64,000 bases of DNA from Hyaloraphidium curvatum SAG 235-1 (lineage: Eukaryota; Fungi; Monoblepharomycota): contig JAIVFI010000016.1 in assembly GCA_025558095.1 (NCBI GenBank), forward strand, positions 434,001 through 498,000, written 5' to 3'. The notes beneath the pieces are model-generated. The model was not told the DNA's origin and did no database searches. It worked only from the letters and a program-made list of their open reading frames with translations. Below, piece after piece: positions 13,338 through 24,816 of this stretch (position 1 is the first letter of the stretch; each line of letters begins with the position of its first letter). A program made the translations under genes and the position numbers.

Positions 13338-14012
13338 GTGCGCTATTACTCGGCGGCGCAGTTCTTTGGCGATCTCCTGTCCTCGACCGCCTCCGTCGTC
13401 GCGCTTTGTGCGGCAGCCCTCGCTGGATTCGGCGCGTTCTATTCCGCTCGGGCTGCCATAGACGTCGTCCTCACGAGCTTGGTGACGCGTCCTGTGGTAA
13501 CGCATCAGATGCTGGAATTAATGAGGACCCCGGGTTCTCCCGTACCTGCCTTTCTGGACGTCAAGTGCGGATCTGGGATGCTGGCCTCTCGGATTCTAGC
13601 GAAATACCCCTCCGCAAGAGTTGTCTGCGCCGATTGGGACGCGGACGAAAAGTCTTTGAGGCGCAATGTGGCAAAGGAGGGTCTACCTGTGGACCACGTG
13701 CGGTTCGAGGGCGTGGACATTGCGTATCTACCATTCCCCGAGGATCACTTCGACGTTGTCACCGGGACCATGGCGCTTTCTGCAGCCGCCGAAGGCAAGG
13801 ATGCTGACGCCGGAATTGAGGCGCAGAAAGCCCTGCTGCGGGAGATGGTCCGGGTCTGCAAGCCTGGGGGCCAGGTCGTGTGTTGGGACGTGGTGAACCC
13901 CGACGTGTACGGATCCGTACGTCTCGGAGAGTTTGCACCGAGCAAAGACTTCGTTGCGTTCGGCGGCTTGAAGAGCCGGATCGTGGTCGGGACCAAAGTG
14001 GGACGGGGATAG
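13338..14012 (+). CDS. Class I SAM-dependent methyltransferase with N-terminal hydrophobic segment (5' exon upstream at about 13160-13260 unresolved)
   Basis: FLDVKCGSG, LPFPEDHFDVV and LREMVRVCKPGG. Confidence 0.8.
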   Translation: MRYYSAAQFFGDLLSSTASVVALCAAALAGFGAFYSARAAIDVVLTSLVTRPVVTHQMLELMRTPGSPVPAFLDVKCGSGMLASRILAKYPSARVVCADWDADEKSLRRNVAKEGLPVDHVRFEGVDIAYLPFPEDHFDVVTGTMALSAAAEGKDADAGIEAQKALLREMVRVCKPGGQVVCWDVVNPDVYGSVRLGEFAPSKDFVAFGGLKSRIVVGTKVGRG

Positions 14013-14786
14013 CATCGTTTCCACGAATTTGGCCCGGCGCGCATGCGTCGTTTTTGGGACGCTTCTTCCTGCGCGCCGGATCGGGAGGGGGCGGCCGCGG
14101 CGACCGCGGATCCTCCGCTGCCGACTCGGGTTCGCCGACCTCGCCATCCCGTTCCACATCCGCACAGGAGATGTAGACACTAGCTTTACCCACATGGTTC
14201 TACCCGCGAACGTCCTTCACGCGCAGCTCGACGAGCCGTCGGCGTCCGAATCCGAATCGCGTCCGCCGTCCCCCGCGCCGCCCCCGTCCGAATCGCCACC
14301 GCCCGACGAAGAGGCGGAAGCGTTCTCGACCCCTTTGCCGGGCCCGCCGTCGTCGTCCTTGTCCGCGTCGTCCTTGTTGCCAGCGCCGGGACGGCCGCGC
14401 GCCGCCGCGCGCGCGCCCCGCCCACCGCGCCCGCCGAGCTTTTCCGCGCGCTCGGCCCCCCGATCTCCGGCAAAGCACCCGTCTTGTCCCGGCGCCGAAC
14501 GGATGCATCGCTTCCGGTTTTGGCGGCCGCTTTTTTCGTCGGCGCAGGCCCCCGATGGCCTCCCGTCCGAGCCTCGTCATCGGTCGATCCCCGCGAAACC
14601 TTCCGTCCGCCCGTCTTCAACGACGCCTCTTCTGGCGCCATCAGCTTTTCGAGCGCGGCCTTGGCCGCCGCCCGCGGCGGGGGCATCGGTGCAGAGCGTA
14701 TGTTTTTTTTTCGTCCGAGTCACCGCACCGCGCCGCCGATCACAATCCCGACGACACAATGACACATGCATACATACATAGTGGCT

Positions 14787-17700
14787 TCAGCTGCCCAAAT
14801 CCAGTCCCGCACCGTCGTCCAAATAAGACCCCGCTGCCTTGGATCCATTGGTTCCAGCCGCTCCCCGGGAGCTCGTCCACGTCTTCATGTTCTCCAGAAC
14901 GGCACTCGCGCGCTGCGTGGGGTCCATCGAGCTCGAGCCCGCCGGGCTAACAAGGGGCGACGAAGGGTCCTCCGAAGCCACCGACGGCGCATAAACGCGC
15001 TTGCTCGCCGGCGCCTTCATGATATCGTCGAACGACGGAACCTCGGAACTGCTGTCGTTGCGTTCCACCTGCGCCGTCGGCTTCGCCTTCCGCGTGCTCC
15101 GGGAGCCCGAAGACGAGGGCGCGCCCGACCAGCGCGCGCGCTGCGTCGCCGGGCTGGATGCCGCGGAGCTCGTCGCCGGCGGCACCTTCGAGGTGCCGAA
15201 AGAGAGCGTGATGGGCTCGGGGTTGTACCCCGGGAGCAGCCGGTCCTCGTCCGTGTAGTGCGGGAGCGAGCCGTCCTCCTCGGCGTACCCGACCGCAGTG
15301 TCGTCCGACGAGTCCCCGTCGGTCGAGTTCTGCGTCTTGCCGTTGAGCGGCACCCGCGCCTCCACCGAGCCGTCCAGCTCCACCGAGTCCAAGCTCCGGG
15401 CCTTGCCCTCCCTCCGGCGCGTGGCGAGCAGGATGATGTTCTTCCAGAGCGTGTACATGATCCAGACGCCGCAGAGGACGAGGAAGATGCAGAGGATGAC
15501 GATGGTGGCCGCCGACAAGTTGTAGCGCGTGTCGTACGAGTAGGCGGGGTTGCAGCTCCAGAGAAGGATAAGCGCGAGCAGCATCACGCCCGACTGAACC
15601 AGCTGGAAGAAATTCCTGAGGGTCGAAGCGTGTCAGGCGCGAGCAGGGATGCGACCGCAACGGTTCAGGCCTACCTCTCGCGCCTCGAATAGGGCATCTG
15701 GAGCCCGACGAGAAGAGCGTGGACAATGATGACCAGCGCCCACAGCGATGACTGCACGTAGCCGTTCGTGAAGCCCATGCCGACAAAGATGCCGGACATG
15801 AACCGGTACATGAAGTCCACGACGATGAACCAAATCTGCAAGAGTTGAATCAGCGACCGTCCGGTCCAGCGTCGCGGGAAGACGACCGACCTTGTTGCCC
15901 TTGAGCGTGTTGTAGAAGGTTCCCAGCACGATCACGGTCCGCTCGTGGCTGTACAGCGCGTCCTTGGGCCACGTCGACAGGATCTTGTAGCAGATGTACC
16001 CCGGCAGCGCGATGAGCGCCGACAGGAACACGACGACGCACCAGAAGGTCATGTACCACGGCACGTAGTCGTTCTTGTTGTCGTAGCTCATCTGGAAGAC
16101 GCAGAACAGGACCAGGGGCATGTACATCAAGTTCCAGAAGCGCACGAGGGTCGAAAAGGTGACGGTGACGGCGGTCGAGCGCACGGTGCGGTACTTGGGG
16201 ATCGAGCGGACCTCGCGCACGATCTCCATGACGAAGAGCGTGAGGGCGCCCAGGAGGATCAGTGCACCGGCGATGATGAGGAACAGGAAGAAGGACGTGA
16301 TAAAGTAGTCGCTGAGGGACACACGGATCAGCGAAGTCCGGAAGCATGGCGCCCGCAGGAACCCACCCGAGGTTGATCCCGATCTCGAGCGCCGTCGCCT
16401 GCATCCCCTTGTCCATGTGCTCACGGTAGGGATCGTAGTCCCTGCCGACCATCGCCCGCACGAACTTGGGCATCTGGCCCGGCGGCATGGGCCCCCTGCC
16501 GGTGGCCGGGGGCGGCATGGTGTAGTACTGGTCAGTGCCGTAGATCGAGGCCGCGAACGACTGCAGGAACGGCACGCGGAAGACGAGCACGCTCCAGCGG
16601 AAGTTGGCCGCAAACTCGTTGAAGATGTCGGCGGTGCCGAGGTTGAGGCATCCGAGCATAAACAGGTGCTGCGAGAGGATAAACACGTCGTAGAACGAGG
16701 GCAGAGTGTTAAACATCTTGGGCCGCGCCGCCTCGACGGTCGTGTCGGTCGAGAGGTCTCCACCAGCGGCGGCCTTGACCCCCGCGGCGGCCAGGGCAAT
16801 GCCGCCAAACGCCAGCGCGAGCCAGCCCATGACACCCGTGGCCAGGAACCCGTTGTTGTACAGCCCCGAGTAGTCGTTCGGCCCGCCCGAGGGCGGCGGG
16901 AGCGGCCCCTCGTCGCCGCCGTTGCCGTCGGGATCCGGGTTGGGGTTGGACGTGTCGAAGTTGTTGCCCACGTTGAAGGGCGCCGAGACCTCGAGCTCCA
17001 CCAGCTCCTCCATCTGCGGGATCTCGCCCTGCCGCGCCACCAAGCCGTACCCCCTGGGCTTGAACCACGACGACCGCGCGCGCTTGCGCTGCGATGCCGA
17101 TCCCTGCATCGGGTAATAGAGCCGAATCCTCGCGACGGCGGTGAACTGCCGCTCGCCCTGCAGGTCCGCCTCGGGGACCAGCGCGTCGGGGGTACCCTGC
17201 GTCGGGGTAAAGGAGATGACGGCGCGGCCGGTGCCCGTGTCGATGGGCTGCGGCCAGGCGACCTGCATGTCCCTGCCCAGGTCCGTGGGCTGCTCGTCGC
17301 GGACCACGTCGCGGGGCCTGCCGTCCGCGTCGGCCGAGACAGTGAGCGAGACCAGGACGATGGTGGTCAGGGGGGCGTCGGTCTCGGAGGACTGCGCCTG
17401 CAGGACCAGGCTGACGGGCTGGCCGAGGGGGTAGTTGGGCTCCGCGGCGCCCTTGTCGGGCTCCAGGTCCGCGGCGATGCCGGCCAGGGCCTGCGTGTCC
17501 TGGGTGGGGTCGGAACACACGGTGGTCCCGGGGGGCAGGGTGAACTGGGCGACGTAGGGCTGGTCGCAGTCGGGGTTGGACGGGTCCGCGCCGGGCGCCG
17601 CCGCCGTGTCCTGGCAGCGGTCGTACGTGACCGTGTATGTCCCGCTGGAAGCAGAGGCGGGGGGTTGATGCGTGTTCACGGATGATAGCGCACGGATGTC

Positions 17701-18863
17701 CCACCTGACGTCGCAGACCCCGTCGGCCAGGTTGGCGACAATCTCCCCGCCGCGCGTGCACAGCATGGCCCCCGTCGGCGCATTGTCCGCGCAGTCGGGC
17801 GCAGCCACGATGAACCTGATGGATCCCTCGGTACCGACGTTGTCCGGGAAGTCGACGCCCTTCGGCGAGAGCACGAAGGGGTTGAAGTAGGACGCGGCGA
17901 TGAAGATGTACAGTCTGCGGTTCTCCCCATTGCGCACGCGGCCCGAGTTGTCCACGGCCACCTTGACGACGCGGTACGCGTTCTGCGTGGCCAGCTTGTT
18001 GCCGGCGTCGGCGTCCGGGTTGTTGAGGTCCACGTCGTCGGGCGTGCCGTCGTCCGGGTTCACGCTCGGGGTCGGGCGGCTCGGGTCCGGGTCCGTGGGG
18101 CTGGGCACCTGGGTTTTGGAGAAGGTGACGGTGACGGGTGCGCGGAGGCCCGTGGTGTGGGTCTGGGGGATCGGGGATCAGCAACCGTCCGGAGGGTGGC
18201 GGCCCAGCATCGACGCCCATCGCCGGCGGGACACCCACGTAGTAGCCTCCCAGCGGGTTCTTCACATTGTCGTACACGCGCACGTGGATGGTGTTGTTGA
18301 GCGACAGCGTCGTGTCGGTCTCCGTGGACTGCCACCCGCACGTGCGCAGGTTCTCCCAGGTGTCGCGCAGCAGGTACAGGTCCTGGCAGGTGGTGAAGTC
18401 GGTCGAGAAGACCGACGAGCGGGAGCAGATGGGGTTCGTGCCGTTGGGGCCGAGGTAGACTTCAATCTGGGTTTCGAAGGGCCGGGGCGTGAGCGGGGCG
18501 GCGGGCCGGATCGCAGCGCCGGCGCACCTTTCTGTCGATCACGCGCGGCGACGAGATCGTGAATGCCAACATGTCCGGGCCCAAGTCGTCCTTGACTGGG
18601 AGCAGGGCGTTCCGAGGCGGGGTTTAGGCGAGTCAGAGGAGTGCGAGAGCGGGTGCGAAAGCGGGGTTCTCCGAGTGAGATTGGCGATTCCCGGCGACCC
18701 GAGGGCGCCCACCGATACGCGGCAGCTGGTCCGCGCCCAGCGTCGGCGGCGCGGGCGGGCAGAGCGTCGAGTTCTGCGCGGCGGCGGGCGCGGCGAGCAG
18801 CAGCAGAAAGGCCGCCGCCGCCGCGAGCGCGCGCGCCGCCCGGCGCCCCGCGCGTCGCGCCAT
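14787..18863 (-). CDS. Large secreted-ectodomain multi-pass membrane protein with C-terminal TRP/FLC-like (PF06011-type) TM domain
   Basis: Signal peptide (AAAFLLLLAAPAAAQ), Cys-containing ectodomain and an RKRAR site. Then FYDVFILSQHLFMLGCLNL..FNEFAANFRWS and LGTFYNTLK..WFIVVDFMYRFMSGIFVG with multiple TM helices. Several introns. Confidence 0.75.
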
Positions 18864-19333
18864 GCGCGGTTCGAGTGGCAAGACCATATCTAAGGATGCC
18901 GCAGGCCCGCGGGCATCGATTCCCTGAAGGTGACGACAGGTGGATCGAAGGGACTTGGCCGGGGCGCAGTTCGGCGGTGAGCCGCAGTGCAAAATCGGGG
19001 ACTCCAAGCCCCGCGGCAGCCAGCCGTCCCCGACATTCTCCATCAGCAAGCGCCGCTCGCTTCCACGTTCACACTCCGAACTTGTGACAGTGTCGCGATC
19101 GACGGCTCATTCGCACACCTTCTCACGCCCGACAGCGTCACAGTGATCAGATACCTCCCCGATCCCAAATCCGATTTCTTGAGCGCCTGTAGATATTGTA
19201 GAGATGATGAACATGAGGCGCCAAAGGGAGATCGTCGCCTAGTCGAGCTATTCGTGATCGCGGCCAGCACCGCCCTGATCGCCCTGTCCGCGCGGACAGC
19301 TGGGATTGAAGTCCCATCTCACGTCGAACCAAA

Positions 19334-20364
19334 ATGCTGGCCTCGATGGAGGTAGCAGCGGGGGAGCACCCCGAGCAGCAGTACCTGTCGCTGGCACGTC
19401 GCATCCTCGAGGCCGGCGAGGCGCGCGCGGACCGCACGGGCACCGGCACGCTGTCGCTGTTTGCGCCGCCGCCCGCGCGGTGGCCGCTCGGCGCGGCGTT
19501 CCCGCTGCTCACCACGAAGCGCGTCTTCTTCCGCGGCGTCGCCGAGGAGCTGCTGTGGTTCGTGCGCGGCCGCACCGACGGCGCAGAGCTCTCCAAGAAG
19601 GGCGTCAAAATCTGGGACGGCAACGGCTCGCGCGCGTTCCTCGACTCGCGCGGCCTGCACCACCGCCGCGAGGGGGACCTCGGCCCCGTGTACGGCTACC
19701 AGTGGCGCCACTTTGGCGCGCCATACGCGGACGCGGACGCCGACTATGCCGGGAAGGGAGTCGACCAGCTGCGCGAGGTGGTGGACAAGATCTGCCACGC
19801 CCCCGCCGACAGGCGCATCATCATCTCCGCGTGGAACCCGGCGGGTGGGCTCCTGCTCGACCCGGGCCATTTTCCTGGCGGACAAGCTAACCTCCCGGTG
19901 CAGACATCCCGCAGATGGCCCTGCCCCCCTGCCACATGATGGTCCAGTTCTTCGTCTCCCTCTCCACAACCCCCCCGACGCTCTCGGCCCAGATGTACCA
20001 GCGGTCCGCCGACATGGGCCTCGGTGTGCCCTTCAACATCGCCTCATACGCCCTCCTCGTGCGCATGATCGCACACGTCACGGGCACACAGCCCGGGGAG
20101 CTCGTGCACGTCCTCGGCGACGCGCACGTGTACGCGGACCACGTCGACGCGCTGAAGGAGCAGCTGGGCAGGGAACCGAGGCCGTTCCCGGTGCTGAGGA
20201 TCGAGAGGAGGGACCGGAGGGGGGTGCCCGAGGCCAGGGAGGGCGAGACGAGGGAGGAGAAGGTGGACAGGATGGTCAGGGAGCTCGAGACGTTCGAGGT
20301 CGAGGACTTTGTGCTCGAGGGGTACGACCCGCACAAGGCCGTCAAGATGGAAATGAGCGTGTGA
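19334..20364 (+). CDS. CDC21: Thymidylate synthase
   Basis: [33 protein letters not shown] and [18 protein letters not shown]. One intron. Confidence 0.97.
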
Positions 20365-20474
20365 GCGCCGCGGGACTGCTGGAACGATACCGAACTTTGA
20401 ACGATACCGGGTTCTGGAAAGGAGATACCAATCATTTGATACCTGTACATCGACCGCGTATTGGATTAGCTAGA

Positions 20475-21614
20475 TCACTTGCCGGCCTTGCCCGCCGACT
20501 TCTTGATCGCCTTGAGCACCGCCTTTGCCCGCTGTCTCCGCTCCTCCGCCTCGTCCTTCTTCTTCTCCAGCTCCGCCCGCTCGTCCTCCTTTCCCTCGTC
20601 CCCCTTTAGCGCCTTGAGCGCCTTCTTCACCTCGTCCTTCTCCCTCTCGGCCGCGTTCCTGGACTTGATCGCCTCCTCCCTCACCCGCTCCCTCGCGTTG
20701 CCCTGCAGCCCCTCGGCGTACCCCTTCGCGGCCTCGAAATCGTCCCCTTCGAAGGAATACAGCACCCGCGGCTGGAGCAGGTGCGTGCTCCGTGCCTTGC
20801 TGAACTTCCATTCGCCCTTGCCGGAGCGGCTGTCGCGCCAGGCGCGGAGGTACGCGATGTCAAGGGCGACGGCGTCGGCCTCGGGGGCCGGGGGTTCAAC
20901 GGGCTTCGGGGATGGCTTGGGGGCGGGCTTGACGGCCGGTTTTGGCGCGGGTTCCACGTCCTTTCCCTCCTCCCCGTCGTCGCCTTCACCGCCTTCTTCG
21001 GCGGGCGGAGCAGGCCGCTTCAGCTTGCCCTGCGACTCCAGGATGTGCTTCGCGATCCTCTTCTTCTTCTTCTTGGCCTTGAGCTTCTGCCAGCCCTTTT
21101 TGCTCGCCGCCGAGGCTGGGGACGGCGCGGTAGCGGGCGCCTCGCCCGCCTGGCCCTCTTTGCCATCCTCCTGGCTCGCCTTTGCGCGCTCGGCCTTCTT
21201 CGCCTTCTTGGAGCCGGAGTCCGCAGCGTCCTCGCCATCCTCCTGATTGTTTTCCTTGGCGCGTTTGTCCTTCTTGGGCTTCTTTGCCCCGCCGTCCGCG
21301 GCGGAAGCAGTCACGCGCGCCTCCTCGGCAGGTGATGCCTCGGCAGCGGGCCGCTTCCGCTTCCTCGACCCCTCGTCGCCATTCGCAAGGTCCCCATTTC
21401 CATGCTCAGCAGCTTTCTTCTTGTCCTTCCCTTTCCGTTTGCTCTCGGCGACGGCCACATCCTCCTTGGGACCGGTCTCGGCGGGGGCCGCCTCCGCGAC
21501 CGCATCCCCGCGTTTGGGCTTTCTGCCCGGTTCGCCGTCCCCCTGAGAAGCATCTCCGTCGCGTTTCCGCTTCTTGGAGGGCTTGTCGGCCTCGGAAGCG
21601 GAGGATTTCGCCAT
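20475..21614 (-). CDS. Lys-rich WKF-domain (DUF2373/C7orf50-like) protein
   Basis: Low-complexity basic/acidic N-terminus followed by YLRAW....WKFSKAR..HLL...YAEGLQG.ARER. Confidence 0.82.
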   Translation of the reverse strand: MAKSSASEADKPSKKRKRDGDASQGDGEPGRKPKRGDAVAEAAPAETGPKEDVAVAESKRKGKDKKKAAEHGNGDLANGDEGSRKRKRPAAEASPAEEARVTASAADGGAKKPKKDKRAKENNQEDGEDAADSGSKKAKKAERAKASQEDGKEGQAGEAPATAPSPASAASKKGWQKLKAKKKKKRIAKHILESQGKLKRPAPPAEEGGEGDDGEEGKDVEPAPKPAVKPAPKPSPKPVEPPAPEADAVALDIAYLRAWRDSRSGKGEWKFSKARSTHLLQPRVLYSFEGDDFEAAKGYAEGLQGNARERVREEAIKSRNAAEREKDEVKKALKALKGDEGKEDERAELEKKKDEAEERRQRAKAVLKAIKKSAGKAGK

Positions 21615-21815
21615 CGCGGCTTGTTTTGAATTGTTTGCAGGGCCGTCCGTGCGCTCGCGGTCTCGACTCCGACGCTCATTCGCAATTCTCGGCACAGGGA
21701 ACGCCGAGCACCCGGCCTTCTCACCACCACGCATTTATCGATCACCAATCGTATCGATCCGTGGACCCGGCGCTCCGCGGCTCCCCATTCCGGCCCGTGC
21801 CGGGGCCGTCCGAGG

Positions 21816-23508
21816 ATGGGGCTCGCTGGAGCCGCATGGCTCGCGCTAGCGCTGCTCTCGCTCGCGGCAGGGACCTTCGGTGCCGCAATAGGGAGGAACG
21901 AGGAGAAGGAGTGGATCGCGGTGTTTTCGGACGGGTGGGACGGGATCGCCGGTGGGTGCACTTGGAACCGCAGAACTTGAAGGCAGTGAAGCCAATCCGT
22001 GCACCCCTCTGTTTAGCGTCGAGGGCATGGCTGCCCGAACTCCTCGCTGAGCACGACCCTGCTGCTTCGCTGGTGAGGTGGTTCTCGATCCCCGGCCCCG
22101 AACGCCCCGCGTCGGGCTCCCGCGAAGCCGACGCAGGGTTCCACGCCGCCCTCGTCGCCTCCCGCTCGCCTTCCCTCCCTGCAGCGCTCCGCGCCGACCG
22201 GCGCGTGCGCCTGGTGGAACCAAACGGCGCGGTGTGGATCGATCCCCTCCCCGCGCCCTTCCCTCCCATGCGCCATGCTGCGCCCGGTGCGGACCGCACC
22301 TGGGAGAACGTGAGCTTCGTCACGCAGCCCGGAGCGCCCTACAACCTCGCGCGGTTGTCGTCCCGCGCGCCGGGCCCGGACTGGTACTCGTACGGCTCCC
22401 GCGCGGGGGCGGGGGTGCGCGTGTATGTGGTCGACACGGGTGTAATGGTGGAGCACGCTGAGTTCCGGGGGAGGGCGGCGAGGGGGGCGTCGTTCGTCCA
22501 GGGGGAGGCGGAGGGCGACCAAAACGGCCATGGAACGCATGTAGCGGGTGGGTGGGACGTCTGGAGAGTCTGTTTCGTGGTTCAGAACCTTGCCGCAGGG
22601 ACGATCGCGGGGTTCACCTACGGCGCGGCCAAGGAAGCCTCCATCATCGAGGTCAAGGTGCTCAACAGCCAGGGCGGAGGCAGCTGGTCCAACGTCATCG
22701 CCGGGATCGAGTGGATCGTGGGCCAGGTGCGCGCCTCCCAGGACACTAGCATCATGCAGTGAGTTCCCCCCCCAAAATGAGTGCCAATCACCTGATTCCA
22801 AACCGCACCTCCAGCATGTCCATCACAGGCACACAGAGCGCCGCGGTACAACTCGCCATTGGCAGCGCCCTCTCGGCTCTGCCTGAAATGCTCCACGTTG
22901 TCGCGGCTGCCGGCAACACGGGCGGGAACGCGTGCGACTACACACCCGGCGCCGCCAGCCGCGTGGGCGCCATCACCGTCGCCGCGACGGATCGCAACGA
23001 CAGCGTGCCGGCGTTCAGCAACCGCGGCCCGTGCGTGACGATCTGGGCGCCTGGCACGGGGATCGTGTCGGCGGCGATCGGCGAGCCTCGCGGCCGGGCG
23101 CTGCGGGCCTTGAGCGGGACCAGCATGGCCGCGCCGCTCGTCACGGGCGCCGCGGCGCTGATCCTGTCGTACCGAAGGTCCCTGACTAGCCAGTCGCTGA
23201 GGGAGTTCCTTGTCTCGGTGGCGACCATGGGGGCGATCGGGGACCTGCCGGCAGACGGCTCGCCGGACGGCATCGCGTACGGCTTCTTCGTCGGCGGCAA
23301 CCCAAACGCGACAGAGCCCGACGCCCAACGATCCACGGATGAGGGCACCACGTCCGAGATCCGGCCGTCGGGTTCTGCCGACGACGAGCTTGCGAATGGC
23401 CGCTCCGATCGGCACAAGCTGTTCGTACAGCCGGCGCGGCCTGTTCGGAACATTGCCCACCGACCCGCAGCGGCGCGAAATGGCTGCTTGGAATCCCATT
23501 GCTGGTAG
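21816..23508 (+). CDS. Secreted subtilisin-like serine protease (S8A, proteinase K type)
   Basis: Signal peptide MGLAGAAWLALALLSL and an I9-like prodomain. Catalytic triad motifs VYVVDTG, NGHGTHVAG and SGTSMAAP, plus AAGN. The 3' end is uncertain. Confidence 0.9.
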
Positions 23509-23834
23509 AAGCCTCCAGGCGCCACCGATGCCCTGCGGTGGCTTATCCGTAAGCCAGTGATCCGGAACTCTGGTCGGTCCCAGTGGACCGCGGAAGCGCG
23601 CGCGTGAGATCCCTGACGACATCATTCTCTAATCAAATACCCGAACGAACGTGTAGCCTTGAGCCTGATGCCATGACCAAGAGATCATCACAACTGGAAT
23701 TTTGACTCGTCCGATCGCGCGACCGCCTCCTGCTCAGAAATGTCGCTGCTAGAAAGCGAGTCGAAAAAAGGGCCTAGTATCAGCAAACGCTGGCGATCGA
23801 GCGCCGAATCAGGACACGCACCTACGCCGGTCAT

Positions 23835-24573
23835 CTAGTATGAGTCGCCCCTCCCGTAGTCACCACCGCCCCTGCCCCAGCTGTCTCCCGAATCCCGGCG
23901 GTTGTACCCGTCGCGACCGCCGTACCCGCCACGGCCGCCGTACCCGCCGCGGCCGCCGTACCCGCCGCGGCTCCCGTAGCCTCCGCGGGGCGACCTGCGC
24001 TCGGTGCGCTCGCCCCTCGGCCCCGCCTTGTCCAGGCGGACCTGGCGGCCCATGAGGTCCTGAAATGGTTGCCATTAGCATGCGACGTCGGGGAGAAAAT
24101 GGAGGCGCCTGCCCACCTGCCCGTTCAGTGCCTGTACGGCGGCGTCGGCCTCGGCGGGCTCGGTGAAGGTGACGAACGCGAAGCCGCGGCTGCGGCCGGT
24201 GTCGCGGTCCCGCACGACGGTGAGCTCGGCGATCTGGCCGTGGGCGGAGAGCACCTCGCGCAGGGCCTCCTCGTCGGCGGACCACGCGAGGTTGCCGATG
24301 AACACCTTGACGCCTTCATATTGAACGGGGCATCAGGTACGGGAGTTCTAGGCGCTGCGAGCGAGGACACCCACCGCGCTCCTCCGGCGTCGGCTCGGCG
24401 GCGGGCGGCGCGTCCTCGGGTTCGTTCTGGAAGAGGCGCGCCGACGCGGAGAAGGCGCGCGGCGCGGCGGCGCGCGGGGCCGCGGCCAGCAGCGCGGACG
24501 CGGCGGGCTGCGCGCGCGACAAAGAGCCGGAGAGCGCGGAAGCGACGCGGACGACGGTTCGGAGGCCGGACAT
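23835..24573 (-). CDS. Glycine-rich RRM RNA-binding protein, probable mitochondrial transit peptide
   Basis: RNP2 VFIGNL, RNP1 RGFAFVTF and an RGG tail. N-terminus is R/A/S-rich (RAFSASARLF). Two introns. Confidence 0.9.
23905..23988 (-). repeat. 18-bp coding tandem repeat (RGGYGG)
   Basis: About 4 imperfect copies of ccgtacccgccgcggccg on the + strand. Confidence 0.8.
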
Positions 24574-24816
24574 CTTTGAGGTGGCGTACTTCCTTCAGCG
24601 CCTGATCGAGTGAAGAAAATCCGCCTCGATCCCCCAGCGGCATCAAGAGTCCGCGCACCCCTTTCACGCCGGGAGAGCATGGATGATGATCGGATTGCAT
24701 AACTGTACAGTACATGCATCTATGACAAAGCCGTCTATACACGCTCCCGCACCGAGCCAGAGTAAGAAGCAGCAGCCCCAAGTCCCGCCCCAAACAGCCA
24801 AGCAGACAAAACCAAA

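Noticed and set aside
14030-14700. Low-complexity coding-like region (ORF 14186-14686 minus and overlapping frames)
   Set aside because: No consistent frame, splice model or domain could be supported; it may be a small or degenerate gene.
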